Positions 1 through 11,014 of a stretch of 64,000 nucleotides of DNA are shown one piece after another. The notes under the pieces are model-generated. The model had not been told where the DNA came from. It saw nothing but the letters and a program-made list of their open reading frames with translations, and made no database searches. Each line of letters begins with the position of its first letter. Position 1 is the first letter of the stretch. The position numbers were made by a program, and so were the translations under genes. Source of the DNA: Tetramitus jugosus (lineage: Eukaryota > Protista > Heterolobosea); contig OW569372.1 of the NCBI GenBank assembly GCA_937625935.1, forward strand, positions 372,001-436,000, read 5' to 3'.

Positions 1-82
1 CAGATCTTGAAGAATTAATAATAAATGTATTGCTTAATACTTTTGACTGTTTGGTTTTCTGTTTATTGTGGAATCGCCTAGA

Positions 83-973
83 TCAATAGAGAAACCGACC
101 AGTAGCAAATGTGGGTACTTCAGTCTTCAGAGGACTGCTGGATGAACTAGAACTCAGAATCAAAGATACTAGTTTCTCGTGCTTCTGTGCCATGATGCAC
201 AATCGATCGTAGGAGTCTTCTAGCTCTATCTTCTTAGGGACGAACAGAGGTGAATCCACGGAAGAGATTACCTCTGCTATCACATCAATCATGTTCTTAA
301 CAATCCCTCGTCGTCTGCCGAGTTGTAAGAATTGATCATCATCGGTCAATCCTTCACGACTTAAATATTTAAGGAGTCCGTTCGCCTTTTGTACTGTTGG
401 CGAGGTTGAGGGACTCGAACTCCCTTGACTAGCATCGTGGTCATCCTCGTCGTCAGAAAACTGAACAATCCTACATGTTGAGTTCTTCTCTCGGTATTGA
501 ATCTTCTCCTGCAAACTGTTCTTGAAGCTCTCGCTCGTCACAATACTCTTGAAAAAGTTTTTGTTGTCTAATCGCTCTTCTCCAGAGTTATCGGTACTTC
601 GTTGCTCACTGTACTTCCGATTGTGTCGCCGAATGCACAGACATATGACTTCGACAATGTCCTCTAATGCATTTAACAAGTCATTTTCTAGAAGAGTCAA
701 CTTTACCATTTGCTCATTTAGTTTTGTTCTCGCTTTGAATTGAGGGTTCACTTCATCACACAGTTCCATAAACGATTCACTGTTATGATCCCATCCGATC
801 CCATCCACACCTACAATCTCATTCCACCGATCATCCGTCTCCATCAACACCTGCTCCAAATACTGCCTTAATTTTTGTGCCATGCAACACCGAGAAACGA
901 GCTGCTTCAACAGTTGGGAGTTCCTCTGTGCTGCACCTCTTGTCATGCTGCTCTTCTTTGGTGATGGTGTCAT
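83..973 (-). CDS. Hypothetical helical/coiled-coil protein
   Basis: Long ORF (83..1219 in the track). The first plausible ATG is MTPSPKK at 973. No domain recognised. Confidence 0.6.
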   Translation of the reverse strand: MTPSPKKSSMTRGAAQRNSQLLKQLVSRCCMAQKLRQYLEQVLMETDDRWNEIVGVDGIGWDHNSESFMELCDEVNPQFKARTKLNEQMVKLTLLENDLLNALEDIVEVICLCIRRHNRKYSEQRSTDNSGEERLDNKNFFKSIVTSESFKNSLQEKIQYREKNSTCRIVQFSDDEDDHDASQGSSSPSTSPTVQKANGLLKYLSREGLTDDDQFLQLGRRRGIVKNMIDVIAEVISSVDSPLFVPKKIELEDSYDRLCIMAQKHEKLVSLILSSSSSSSPLKTEVPTFATGRFLY

Positions 974-1550
974 GGCTCTTCGATTGTTTAGCAACATGTA
1001 ATGGTGTATCGGTGAGTCTCTCCTCAGTGATGATACCGATGAAATTTGAATTGCAGGATCGCTCCCTGCTTGAGCTTGACAATGGGAGGAGGAGCACGAC
1101 AATTGAAGAGCTGTTGTTCCTCTTCGATCACCCAGAGGACTCCTATTGGTGCAGTGGATCAAGGATGCTGGATGAATGGGACTGATTGTAGACATCTTGT
1201 TGTTTGTTTTGCCCACCACAAGAAGAGGATGATTGATTCGAGAGATGCAATCTCACTCAGGGTCGATCAATTTTTGTTGAGGCCTTTCACACAACCCGTT
1301 CTTTCTTGGATAACACCAAACAGAACAATGAATTACGGAACGCTTCCATCAATGTTGCGGTGTGTGATGTCTTGGGAACCATCTTGAGGTGGCGGAGTTG
1401 CCAACCATAACTACAGTTGGCACAAACACATTTATGGAAATGGACGGCCCAACTTTGATTGACAGTTGATGGTTACGAATAATGGAAGTGAAAAAAAAAG
1501 TGAAATGTTATTTGATTGCCAAGAGAGTAAACTAAGTGTAGTCATGACAT

Positions 1551-2723
1551 TTAGAGCAGATAGTACATCAATAGAGCAACCAAAACGGTCATCATCTGAA
1601 GTGATTGTGCTACTGGAGCACTGTTGTATCCCTGAATAGATGGAATAGAAATGGATCTATCAGCCAAATCTTTCTTCATACAATTGTAGTATTGTAGGAA
1701 TGTAGCACCACACTTTCTGTGAATGCAACTACTACGATCAGCAATAATAATCACAGTTTCACCATCAGTATTGACAGGTGCAATGTATGGGTTGCAGTTG
1801 GCTGTGAGACACGAGTTGAACAAGGTGTAATCTCTTGCACAATTTCTCTGGGCAAAAGTACCACAGTATCCACCTGCAGATGCGCTTCGGCAGAAGCATT
1901 TTTCATTGCCTGCACATTCGTTGGTTGCTGTTGAAGTACAAATCTTGTATGGCACAACACACTTTTGTTGACTGCTGTCACAGGAGAGACCCTTCTCACA
2001 CTGAACATCATTGACACTATCACATGCTTGTTCGACTCCCTGATATTGTGCACATTGGTACACATCAGTAGCCACCTTTCTGCAATATCTGGAAGAAGAT
2101 GGAGAACATTGATTGGCAATGTCTGGACTGCAGGAAGCACCCAGTGCAGTCACAGGCTTCACACACTTGTTTTGCTTCGTGTCGCACACGTATGGAGAGA
2201 TACAGCCTTGACCACTGATCGTGTTGTCACCAGAGACAAAACAAGACTCTCCCAATCCGTTCAATCGAGTACAGTTCTGCTGGAGACAAATGGCACCCAT
2301 GGTACAGAACTCTGTTGGCTTTCCAGTGTTACATGTACTGCCAACAGGGATGGCAGTACACTTGTTCTTGGTACATCTTCTAGATCTGCACTGTGTGTCA
2401 TCCAAACAGAAATCACCTTCGTATCGACCAGTGAACACACATTTGCCCTCAAAGCAATATGCGTTGGCATAGGTGGCAATAGAGAGACATTGTGAAGTGG
2501 ATTCACAGGAACGTCCACTGTAGTATTTCAATACTTCACATGTTCCATCGACACAGACATATCCTGGCACACATCGAGTCGTAGTGTCACACAATTGTCC
2601 TGCTCTGGAAGTGTAGGGAATACATTGGTCTGCTGCAGCCTTCTTAAAGGGGTTGGCATTGGCTGTCATCACAAGTGATGCAACAATGAGTAATACGAAG
2701 AAAACAATTTTAGTTGTTGTCAT
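1551..2723 (-). CDS. Cysteine-rich surface protein with signal peptide and probable GPI anchor
   Basis: N-terminal hydrophobic signal (KIVFFVLLIVASLVMTANA), repeated GxxC...C..G..C...C modules, and a C-terminal NSA omega-like site followed by a hydrophobic tail with no cytosolic domain. Confidence 0.8.
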   Translation of the reverse strand: MTTTKIVFFVLLIVASLVMTANANPFKKAAADQCIPYTSRAGQLCDTTTRCVPGYVCVDGTCEVLKYYSGRSCESTSQCLSIATYANAYCFEGKCVFTGRYEGDFCLDDTQCRSRRCTKNKCTAIPVGSTCNTGKPTEFCTMGAICLQQNCTRLNGLGESCFVSGDNTISGQGCISPYVCDTKQNKCVKPVTALGASCSPDIANQCSPSSSRYCRKVATDVYQCAQYQGVEQACDSVNDVQCEKGLSCDSSQQKCVVPYKICTSTATNECAGNEKCFCRSASAGGYCGTFAQRNCARDYTLFNSCLTANCNPYIAPVNTDGETVIIIADRSSCIHRKCGATFLQYYNCMKKDLADRSISIPSIQGYNSAPVAQSLQMMTVLVALLMYYLL

Positions 2724-2934
2724 TTTTGTGTTGTTGATTGATTCTCTTGATGGAGAGGATACTCTTTTGTTGAAAGTGTTTGTTGTTTATGATGTCGAAC
2801 TGTGCAGTGGAGGGCGTTTTTTTTTCGAATCTGCTGTGCTGAGGGTTGATGCGATTCGGAAGGGTGATGAACAAGTTTTGACATGTGATATATCAAGTCA
2901 AGCGGGGGACAGATTCATGTGTCCGTTGGTCTCC

Positions 2935-4323
2935 TCATTTGTGGATGGTGTTGTCGTTCAGCTCGATGACACAGTGCCCGTCATCTGGATGGTGATCTTC
3001 ATGGATTGACTCGACACCATGCAAGTGGTCGTGAACGTCATGTGGAATATCATTGTGCTTGTTCTGAGATTTTCCTGGAAAGAGACATGGAGCAGCCTTG
3101 TGAACCACTCGGTTGATTGTATCATGATGCATCTGGCGGAAGTGATACACATACCAGAATGGAAGTCCAATAAACACCACACCAGCAAAAGTATTACCCA
3201 GAGTCACAAACACCAGATTGATGAAGAACTTTCCAACTGTTACATCAGCCCCATACATCATTCCCAACGGTATCAAGAATGCATTAGCAATACAATGCTC
3301 CCATCCAAGAGAAACAAAGATGGAAACAGGCAAAACAGCAACAAAAACTTTTGAGATGGCATCACGAGCTGCATATGCCAGAAAGACAGCCAAACAAACA
3401 CACCAATTCGCTCCAATTCCCTGAAGGAATTGCAAATACATTGGTTTGGCTGCTTTGACTTCGACTGAATGAATCAGAACATGTGCCCAAACTGGCATTC
3501 TTTCCGATACAGTTCCGTTCGTTGAAAGAGCAATTGCAGTGGACATCAATCCGTTGTCGAATGAATGCGACCCGGTACTCGCCGTTGGTTTTGGAATTGC
3601 AAGCTTCATTGCCCAATATCCAAAAAAGTAAGCAGTGAACAATGCACCAATGCAATTCGAGAGATAAACACACACCCAATTCTTAATGAATCCAATGATG
3701 TTGATTTGTCTGTTCAAAAGTGCAGGAACTAATGTAAAGGCATTGCCCGTGTACAATTCACTTCCAGTCAAGATGATCATTACCAGAGCAACAGGGAAGA
3801 GAATGCCAAACGTGAACCGAGAGATTCCAGGATTACTGACCAGAAATGGAGAATCACCAGTGACAGAATAAGCCAAAAGACCACCCAATCCAACATAACA
3901 ACCTCCCATGAATCCCATCAACAACAACTGATCAACAGTCATGTGTGCCTTGTGAACACCTCCCTTTGCGACCAACTCGATCAATTGACCAGGAGTGGCA
4001 TATTGAGTGGGAACAGCGTCAGGATTCTCAGCTGCATGATCCTCATGCAAAATATCCAGCAGAGCTGCCTTTAGCTTTTTTAGCTTTTGTTTTCTTTGCT
4101 TCTCTTTCAAAGAACTCTGGACGTATGGATTGTCAAGGGATGGCAATGAAGAGGTGTCATCACATTTACAATCTCCACTTGGATGAGCAATATCATCCTC
4201 ACTGTGATGATGACTTCTGTGAATCAAAGAGTTCAATAGGGGGAAACGATGGTGATGCTCAGAATGATTGTTGTTGCTACTCCCAGAAGCTCCTGAAGGG
4301 GTTGTTGAAGATATACTTGACAT
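2935..4323 (-). CDS. Formate/nitrite transporter (FNT family), copy 1
   Basis: Motifs GFMGGCYVGLG, FPVAL...GSELYTGN, GIGANWCVCLAV, GWEHCIANAF and VTLGNTFAG. Likely start is MSSISS at 4323. Confidence 0.92.
   Translation of the reverse strand: MSSISSTTPSGASGSSNNNHSEHHHRFPLLNSLIHRSHHHSEDDIAHPSGDCKCDDTSSLPSLDNPYVQSSLKEKQRKQKLKKLKAALLDILHEDHAAENPDAVPTQYATPGQLIELVAKGGVHKAHMTVDQLLLMGFMGGCYVGLGGLLAYSVTGDSPFLVSNPGISRFTFGILFPVALVMIILTGSELYTGNAFTLVPALLNRQINIIGFIKNWVCVYLSNCIGALFTAYFFGYWAMKLAIPKPTASTGSHSFDNGLMSTAIALSTNGTVSERMPVWAHVLIHSVEVKAAKPMYLQFLQGIGANWCVCLAVFLAYAARDAISKVFVAVLPVSIFVSLGWEHCIANAFLIPLGMMYGADVTVGKFFINLVFVTLGNTFAGVVFIGLPFWYVYHFRQMHHDTINRVVHKAAPCLFPGKSQNKHNDIPHDVHDHLHGVESIHEDHHPDDGHCVIELNDNTIHK
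3110..4080. repeat. Direct repeat (FNT core), second copy at about 6130..7100
   Basis: Long near-identical tracts are shared between the two FNT genes about 3 kb apart. Confidence 0.9.
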
Positions 4324-4678
4324 GATGACTCTATCTGTTGTTCTTTTGGAGTGGATTGTTGCTCGTCGCTTTTTCTCTTGAATGTGCTCCATCTTCAATA
4401 AAACCCTCCAAGAGACCAATTCGCCCGGTTAGGTCATCGTCAACGTCGAAAGTAGAATGTTACAGCTGAACACCTTTTACAATACAACAAAAACACGGCA
4501 AGGCTTTTTGGCTTTAAAACCGACAATCCTGTGCGTTGTAACACAAAGAATAGAGATGATGAATGGCCAACAGCGTTACCGTTAGTCAACATTTAACAAC
4601 AAAAAAGCATGCCTTCACGTGTGAGACAAGCACCAGCTTTTTTGGCTGACTAGGAGTTAACAGTGAACTTCAGAAGAC

Positions 4679-5129
4679 GTGAATACAGAAGTGGTCCAGT
4701 ATCTGAAGGAGGAAATGATTCAGAGTACTGTGTTGCAGTCAATTAGAAAGCGTATGACTGCAAAGAAGCCAATCAGAGAGTTCAAACGGTTTAGCACTGT
4801 TAATTGTCTGGAACGATCCGAGTACAATACATTTGTAAGAGGTACATTGGAGTATTCGTTTGGAAAACAGAAACCTAGAACACATGAAATGCTGTTTGAC
4901 ATACCCAGTCATCCTGATGTATAACCAGAAGGACAAGTCAATGTACGTTCAAATGAAATATGAGACAAGAGACCGCGATGGAAAGGAAATTGATCAGTAT
5001 GTGATTGGGTCTGCTGAGGAAAAGAGAGCTGTTGCTAGCATGCTAAAGGGCAATACGGCACCAGTTGTTCCAGTACTCGTCGATTGTCAAGTGACTAGAA
5101 AAATATCAGATCAGTATGAATTTATTTAG
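4679..5129 (+). pseudogene. Probable frameshifted gene relic of unknown family
   Basis: Two overlapping ORFs with protein-like composition (4679..4924 and 4860..5129) in different frames, and no convincing start codon. Confidence 0.3.
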
Positions 5130-5249
5130 TTTGATAAAATACCAAAAACTCAAAACCTAGTGCACATGGCGCAACTTTTTTTTTCAACCAAGGAGGGAAC
5201 GATCGTTCCAATAGAGTCCCAATAGCGTACTCTGACAATCAGTTCCAGG

Positions 5250-5880
5250 TTGTGACCTGTGAGCACTCGTCTCAATGAACAAGAGACAATTATGAAATTT
5301 GGCTGGGCTTCACCTTCCTCAGCAGTGAGATGACAGTCTGAACAGAGAAACACACTAAGAAAACATTTGTACATGTTTAAATGAGTGGCCTTGTTTTATC
5401 GGGGTTTTCATATCTGTCAGTGTCCCAGAGATGGATGTTTCTGTTGCCATGCTTTACGAAGTTGGGAGATGTGCAGTTGGACACTGGAGGAACATACTCG
5501 TCAGGAAAAGTTCCTGTTGTAGCTCGAATCAATAGGAACGTCTTTCCGGTCCCTCCACTTCCAACGACCACTACTATGATATTGCCTTGAGTTTTCAAGC
5601 TATAGTAAGAGTGTGCTTGATAGGATGCAGTGTAGCTTGGATCATAGTTTCCCAAATATTTTTGGCAAGAACTCTTTGAATTGAATTAGCTGAAGAAAGC
5701 ATTCACTTTCTCCAGACCATAATACTTATGAGTCCAGTTGTTCAAAGCAGGCGAGTTTGATTAGATGGACTCTACTCGTTTCGACATCGATTGGACCATG
5801 TACTGAGTATGAGCCCTTCTCAAAATCAATAATTCGTTTCTGTAGTTGGCATCAGCAATCTCTCCTGAAATATCAAATCT
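5250..5880 (-). pseudogene. Rho/Rac-family small GTPase pseudogene with N-terminal extension
   Basis: One reading frame gives VVVGSGGTGKT...TTGTFPDEYVP...LWDT...RPLI*TCTNVFLVCFSV (Rac has RPLSYPQTDVFLICFS). In-frame TAA codons at 5761-5763, 5686-5688 and 5377-5379; the frame breaks down further downstream. Confidence 0.75.
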
Positions 5881-5922
5881 AACAAGAATCGACCAAACAC
5901 AAGTTTTTTAATTCTGGCCCGA

Positions 5923-7317
5923 TTACTCCTGTGTTAGGATCGTGGTCTCCTTGCTTGGAGGAATGGTCCCTAGCTCAATGACGCAATGTCCAGCATCAAT
6001 ATGGATGGACTCTGCGTCATGTAGATTGTCCTGACAGCCGTGAACATCACTGGTCATGCTGTGGTCTTCTTGACGCTTAGTATCTTTATGTTTTGGGAAT
6101 ATGCATGGGGTCACCTTGTGAACCATTCGATCGAGTGCATCATGATGCATCTGGCGGAAGTGATACACATACCAGAATGGAAGTCCAATAAGCACTACAC
6201 CAGCAAAAGTATTACCCAGAGTCACAAACACCAGATTGATGAAGAACTTTCCAACTGTTACATCAGCCCCATACATCATTCCCAACGGAATTAAGAATGA
6301 ATTGGCAATACAATGCTCCCATCCAAGAGAAACAAAGATGGAAACAGGCAGAATAGAAACAAAAACCTTTGAGATAGCATCACGAGCTGCATATGCCAGA
6401 AAGACAGCCAAACAAACACACCAATTCGCTCCAATCCCCTGAAGGAATTGCAAATACATTGGTTTGGCTGCTTTGACTTCGACTGAATGAATCAGAACAT
6501 GTGCCCAAACTGGCATTCTTGCAGAGATTGTTCCATTCGTTGAGAGCGTAAATGAAGTAGACATTAATCCATTGTCTTCCAAAAATGTGTGTGATCCAGT
6601 ACTAGTTGTTGGTTTTGGAATTGCAAGCTTCATTGCCCAATATCCAAAAAAGTAAGCAGTGAACAATGCACCAATGCAATTCGAGAGATAAACACACACC
6701 CAATTCTTAATGAATCCAATGATGTTGATTTGTCTGTTCAAAAGTGCAGGAACTAATGTAAAGGAGTTACCAGTGTACAATTCACTTCCAGTCAAGATGA
6801 TGATAACCAGAGCAACCGGAAAGAGAATACCGAAAGTAAATCGGGAGAGCCCAGGATTGCTGACAAGAAAAGGGGAATCACCAGTGACAGAATAAGCCAA
6901 AAGACCACCCAATCCAACATAACAACCTCCCATGAATCCCATCAACAACAACTGATCAACAGTCATGTGTGCCTTATGTGCTCCACCTTTTGCGACCAAC
7001 TCGATCAATTGGCCAGGAGTGGCATATTGAGTGGGAACAGCGTCAGGATTCTCAGCTGCATGATCTTCATGCAAAATATCCAGCAGAGCTGTCTTGAGCT
7101 TCTTTAACTTGGTCTTCCTTGCTTCACGCTCATTCGTGGAATTCGGAAGCTGGTTAGAAGTATCATCAGGATGAACATTGTCATCACTTTGATGATGTTG
7201 GTCTTTCTGAGCCAATAAATCTAACAATGGGAAATGATGACGATGCACCTGCTCAGACGGCGTCATGTTGTTGCTTTCGCAACTACTAGAGGGAGTGGTT
7301 GGAGTTACACTTGACAT
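5923..7317 (-). CDS. Formate/nitrite transporter (FNT family), copy 2
   Basis: Core is near-identical to 2935..4323. Likely start is MSSVTP at 7317. Confidence 0.92.
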   Translation of the reverse strand: MSSVTPTTPSSSCESNNMTPSEQVHRHHFPLLDLLAQKDQHHQSDDNVHPDDTSNQLPNSTNEREARKTKLKKLKTALLDILHEDHAAENPDAVPTQYATPGQLIELVAKGGAHKAHMTVDQLLLMGFMGGCYVGLGGLLAYSVTGDSPFLVSNPGLSRFTFGILFPVALVIIILTGSELYTGNSFTLVPALLNRQINIIGFIKNWVCVYLSNCIGALFTAYFFGYWAMKLAIPKPTTSTGSHTFLEDNGLMSTSFTLSTNGTISARMPVWAHVLIHSVEVKAAKPMYLQFLQGIGANWCVCLAVFLAYAARDAISKVFVSILPVSIFVSLGWEHCIANSFLIPLGMMYGADVTVGKFFINLVFVTLGNTFAGVVLIGLPFWYVYHFRQMHHDALDRMVHKVTPCIFPKHKDTKRQEDHSMTSDVHGCQDNLHDAESIHIDAGHCVIELGTIPPSKETTILTQE

Positions 7318-7853
7318 AATGCTCTGTGAGTGATAGTAAGATGTTTTGTTGGTTTTGATTCTTCTCGGGAACCAGTCGCCAGCCAAATGCTTTTGAAGTT
7401 CAAAACTTCGCGCTTTCGCGGGTGGAGATGTTGCTGCAAGGTTCTGAAATTTCTGACACCCGCGGCGGCTGCCACGAGGTTTGGGGATTTCCGCAGCAGG
7501 ATATCACTCTAGAGGCCAAAAAATTCTTCCTTAGAACTCAATTTAACCTGCCCTTTCTTCGGTGCGAGGATTCAGATCACATCCCTCTGCGCATGCATCC
7601 ATCGATCTCGCCAATTCGCTATCAATTTCAAAGATCGGAAACGCCACATATCAGTTGAACCCCAATTCCGGTTCTGGTTGCATGTTGGAAGCTCGGAGTA
7701 GACAAGAAAGTTGGCAAGGTATCTTCTGGCCGTTTTCTGTAGATGCACAATCAGATGAATCCTTCATGTTCTGTTTTTGATGTTCGTTCAACTGTTTTCT
7801 GCGACAAAGCCAAAAAAACACAAGTTCCCACACAAGGATAATCAAAATAAACA

Positions 7854-8435
7854 ATGTCGTCCACAATCACTGACAATACTATCAATACCAATAAGAGACT
7901 CTACCTCTTGAGAGGAATCAGCGGAAGTGGAAAATCAACTTTGTCCCGCACCATTCTCCAAACGGAGAATATTTTGGCGCCAATCGTAAATGATGAGAAT
8001 GAGACTCACAAGCAAATTGTGTTCAAGCACATTCTGAGCACGGATGATTACTTTGTGAATAGACAGACGGGTCGATATGAGTTTGAGGGTGCCAAAATTG
8101 GTCGAGCTCACGAATGGAATCAAAACAGAGTCAAACAGTGCATGTCCCAGTCACAATCTATAATTATTGTGGACAATACGAATACTCAGAGGTGGGAAGC
8201 AAAGCCCTATGTCGTTTTGGCACAAGAATTTGGATATGAAGTGATTGTGAGAGAGCCTGATACTCCATGGAGAAGAAATGCAGCCGAGTTGGCCAAGAGA
8301 AATGTCCATGGTGTGCCAGTGGAAGCCATTCAGAGAATGCTGGACAGGTGGGACGAAGATTTTTCCGTGGAGGCCATTCTGAAGAGTGCACCACCAAAGA
8401 GAAGAGGTCCACCAAGAGGAAACAGAAACCAATAA
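7854..8435 (+). CDS. NEDD4-binding protein 2-like P-loop kinase (AAA_33 / N4BP2L1-like)
   Basis: LLRGISGSGKST Walker A, STDDYF, AHEWNQ, IIVDNTN..WE.KPYV and RNVHGVP motifs. Confidence 0.88.
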   Translation: MSSTITDNTINTNKRLYLLRGISGSGKSTLSRTILQTENILAPIVNDENETHKQIVFKHILSTDDYFVNRQTGRYEFEGAKIGRAHEWNQNRVKQCMSQSQSIIIVDNTNTQRWEAKPYVVLAQEFGYEVIVREPDTPWRRNAAELAKRNVHGVPVEAIQRMLDRWDEDFSVEAILKSAPPKRRGPPRGNRNQ

Positions 8436-8498
8436 AGAAATATTCTATCCATTCATTAACTTCAATTCTGTTTTCTGTGTGTAAATCTTGTTGTTTCT

Positions 8499-10808
8499 TC
8501 AGGCGTACTGTATCAGTTTGATGGGATAATCAGATCGAACGGTAATCTTGTACTTTGCATTCACCATGTCGGTTTTTTCGAGACATGGGACGAGTCTGTA
8601 CTGTGAGCAGCCGTCAGTTGATTTGGTTTGTACCTCCAAAGAGACCTGATCCGAGATGTAGTATGAACTCTCAGCTAGTATGTCATTTTCCTTGTACCAT
8701 GGCTGCTGCGGGTTCTGGTGCTTACAAAAAAGACCAATAATACCACAACTCAATTCAGGCTCTGTCCTGTAGTATGTCACAAACAATTTTGTCTGAGGAT
8801 TGGTCGGTTGTATTACCACATAAGGATTTGTTGCCGACTTGTATCCCCCTCCAACTGCTGGCCACTTCCCAGAAAACACAGAGCTGTGAGGCAAAGAGTC
8901 TTCGTACAACTTGCAAAGGTAGATGGAGAGAAAATACTTCTTCACGTCTTCGTAGTCCATCCAGAAGACTCCATCATCCTTATTTTCAAATCCGAGCAAT
9001 GTCTTGAGCTCTGGAGTCCAGTTTCCACTATCATCATAATCACTCCATCTTCCTTTGAACTCACATCGCCCCCAGGTGTTCCTGATCTGACAGAGTTTAA
9101 TCTTACCAATCTTGCCGTCTACTTCGGTGCACTTCAATAAAGAATAAGCATGATAAGAAACAAGTCCTGTTTCCTCCTGGACCTTATTTTTAGTAACCAA
9201 ACCCATAATCCAATCAAATTCTGTGTACACTTGCAGCTTCTCCCACAAAGTTTTACCTTCGTCCTTCTTGATTTGATCTTGGATCGGAAAGTGTTCTGTC
9301 TCTCCTCCACTCAATCTTCTTAGTGCAATTCCTGGATCCCTCGAAGAGAGAGCTCTATAACTTCCAAATGTCTTGGCAAAAGCTTTTTCGATCAACATGG
9401 GCCATAATTCATTTCTATCTCTGCTAGTGGCAAAAGGAGCAGCCATGTTTTTCGTGGGAAAATAGTCATCAATGATAACATATCTCCACTCTCCTTGAAT
9501 GAACAACTTTATCGAGTAAACCCCTTCTTCACTGTATTTCTGTGGTCGAATAAGTCTTTGGACCAAGTTGGGACGCTTTGCTAAACTTCCGAGTGACTGA
9601 CAGAACCAGCAATTTGCAACATATCCTTGAAGCATATCTTCAACAGCAACACCATCAATGAATACCTCTGGTTTATCTAGAAAATCTTCTGGTCTCATCC
9701 ATTTGTCGTACATCAACTCTTTCTTGTTTCGGCCATCATCCCAATTAACTGACAAATCGTTCGGTGGAAAGAATGAGTCAATAAATTTGCACTTATTCTT
9801 CTGACAATATTCAATGATGTCATCCAGAGGATCTATGTCATAGTAGATTAGTTGAGCTCCAATTCCAGGTAGCTCCTTCTCACTCGTTGTTGAGTTGTAT
9901 TTCATGCTTTTGATAATTTCGGCACATGAAGACTCTGGAACCGTTGCTGGCTTGTCCATATTCAATACATGAACTTCAAAATGTTCGTATGTTGATTCCA
10001 CCATCAGATCAAAAACTTTGGGCGTCGAGTATTGGGTTTCTGTACAGACCACAATGATATAGGAACCTGGCGATAGTTCCACCACACCATCCACTTTGTT
10101 GCTTGCAACATACTTTGACATGAATAGTATATTCTTCTCTTCGATTTGTTTTCTACATCGCCCAGGAGTTTTTGATGATACAACCAAGAATAATAAGCCA
10201 TCGATTATTTCTTTATCCTTTCTTATCAGTGATATGGAGAAGCTTGAGCTATCAGTTCCGTGAACAGTTAATTCAAATTGTGGATTGTTGGGGGATTTAT
10301 ATCCTCCATTCAAAGTACTTATCCACGAAGATCTAACTGCACAAACCTTATTCCGCTTTACTGCGCGTAGATCTTGAACAACCATATGAGAGGAACTTGG
10401 TTCCACGATCAGTGTCACGTCGCCATTTTGATTAGGATTCTGTAAACAAGGAGTAACGATGTACATTGATCCAGTTTTGAGGGATACGATTGTTTTCACT
10501 ATTTGTTGGTGTAAATGAATTCTACGGAAGATAAATGTTGTTCAACCATTCCAAATCATACCTGAACCTGTTATTAAGTATGGACTTCGTGCTACTTCTG
10601 GATTCTCCTTCGAAGTTAGGGATAATAGTCTGTTTCCTGTCTTACTCTCATTGACCCAAAATATAATACCACTAGGAGCTGGTAGTGCTACTTCTATTGA
10701 TATGGTGTAATCACCGCTGTGACTCACAGAGAATGAGAATTGAGGATTGTTAGGAGATCCATACCCTCCACACAGGTCAAGAGTAAAGCCATCTCTGATT
10801 GATGCCAT
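8499..10808 (-). CDS. Calpain-family cysteine protease (2 exons; intron 10561..10499)
   Basis: Catalytic triad motifs QGYVANCWF, YHAYSL and IRNTWG, plus LIEKAFAK and DDGVFWM, and three GGY..NPQF-type domain-III-like modules. A 63-nt GTATGA...AAATAG intron joins ORF 10542..10808 to the main ORF in frame. Confidence 0.9.
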
Positions 10809-11014
10809 CGTTCTTGTGTTGTTCTTTTTCAGTGGTGTGTTCCGTAGCGGAACCGTTTTGGAGACCGCAGCAGTAGATAGCGAACATGAGGATATTTTTT
10901 TCGGGGTTCACTAGTCTTTTTTGGTTGATTACCAAACTCAAAATAACTGATTGTATCGGATGAGCTCATAAATTCTGTTCTCATCTCATCGAAAAACAGA
11001 AGAAATAACTGCCA

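Noticed and set aside
4324-4419. N-terminal extensions from TTG/GTG starts in the ORF track (also 7318..7386, 26815..27036, 38065..38208, 53258..53572)
   Set aside because: This is a eukaryotic genome, and ATGs in A-rich context downstream match the expected protein starts.
5377-5763. Stop-codon reassignment (TAA as sense) suggested by three in-frame TAA in the Rho-like frame
   Set aside because: Conserved genes such as MDH, ERD2 and LSG1 terminate at TAA in the expected place and have no internal stops. The Rho frame also has degraded motifs, so a pseudogene is the simpler explanation.
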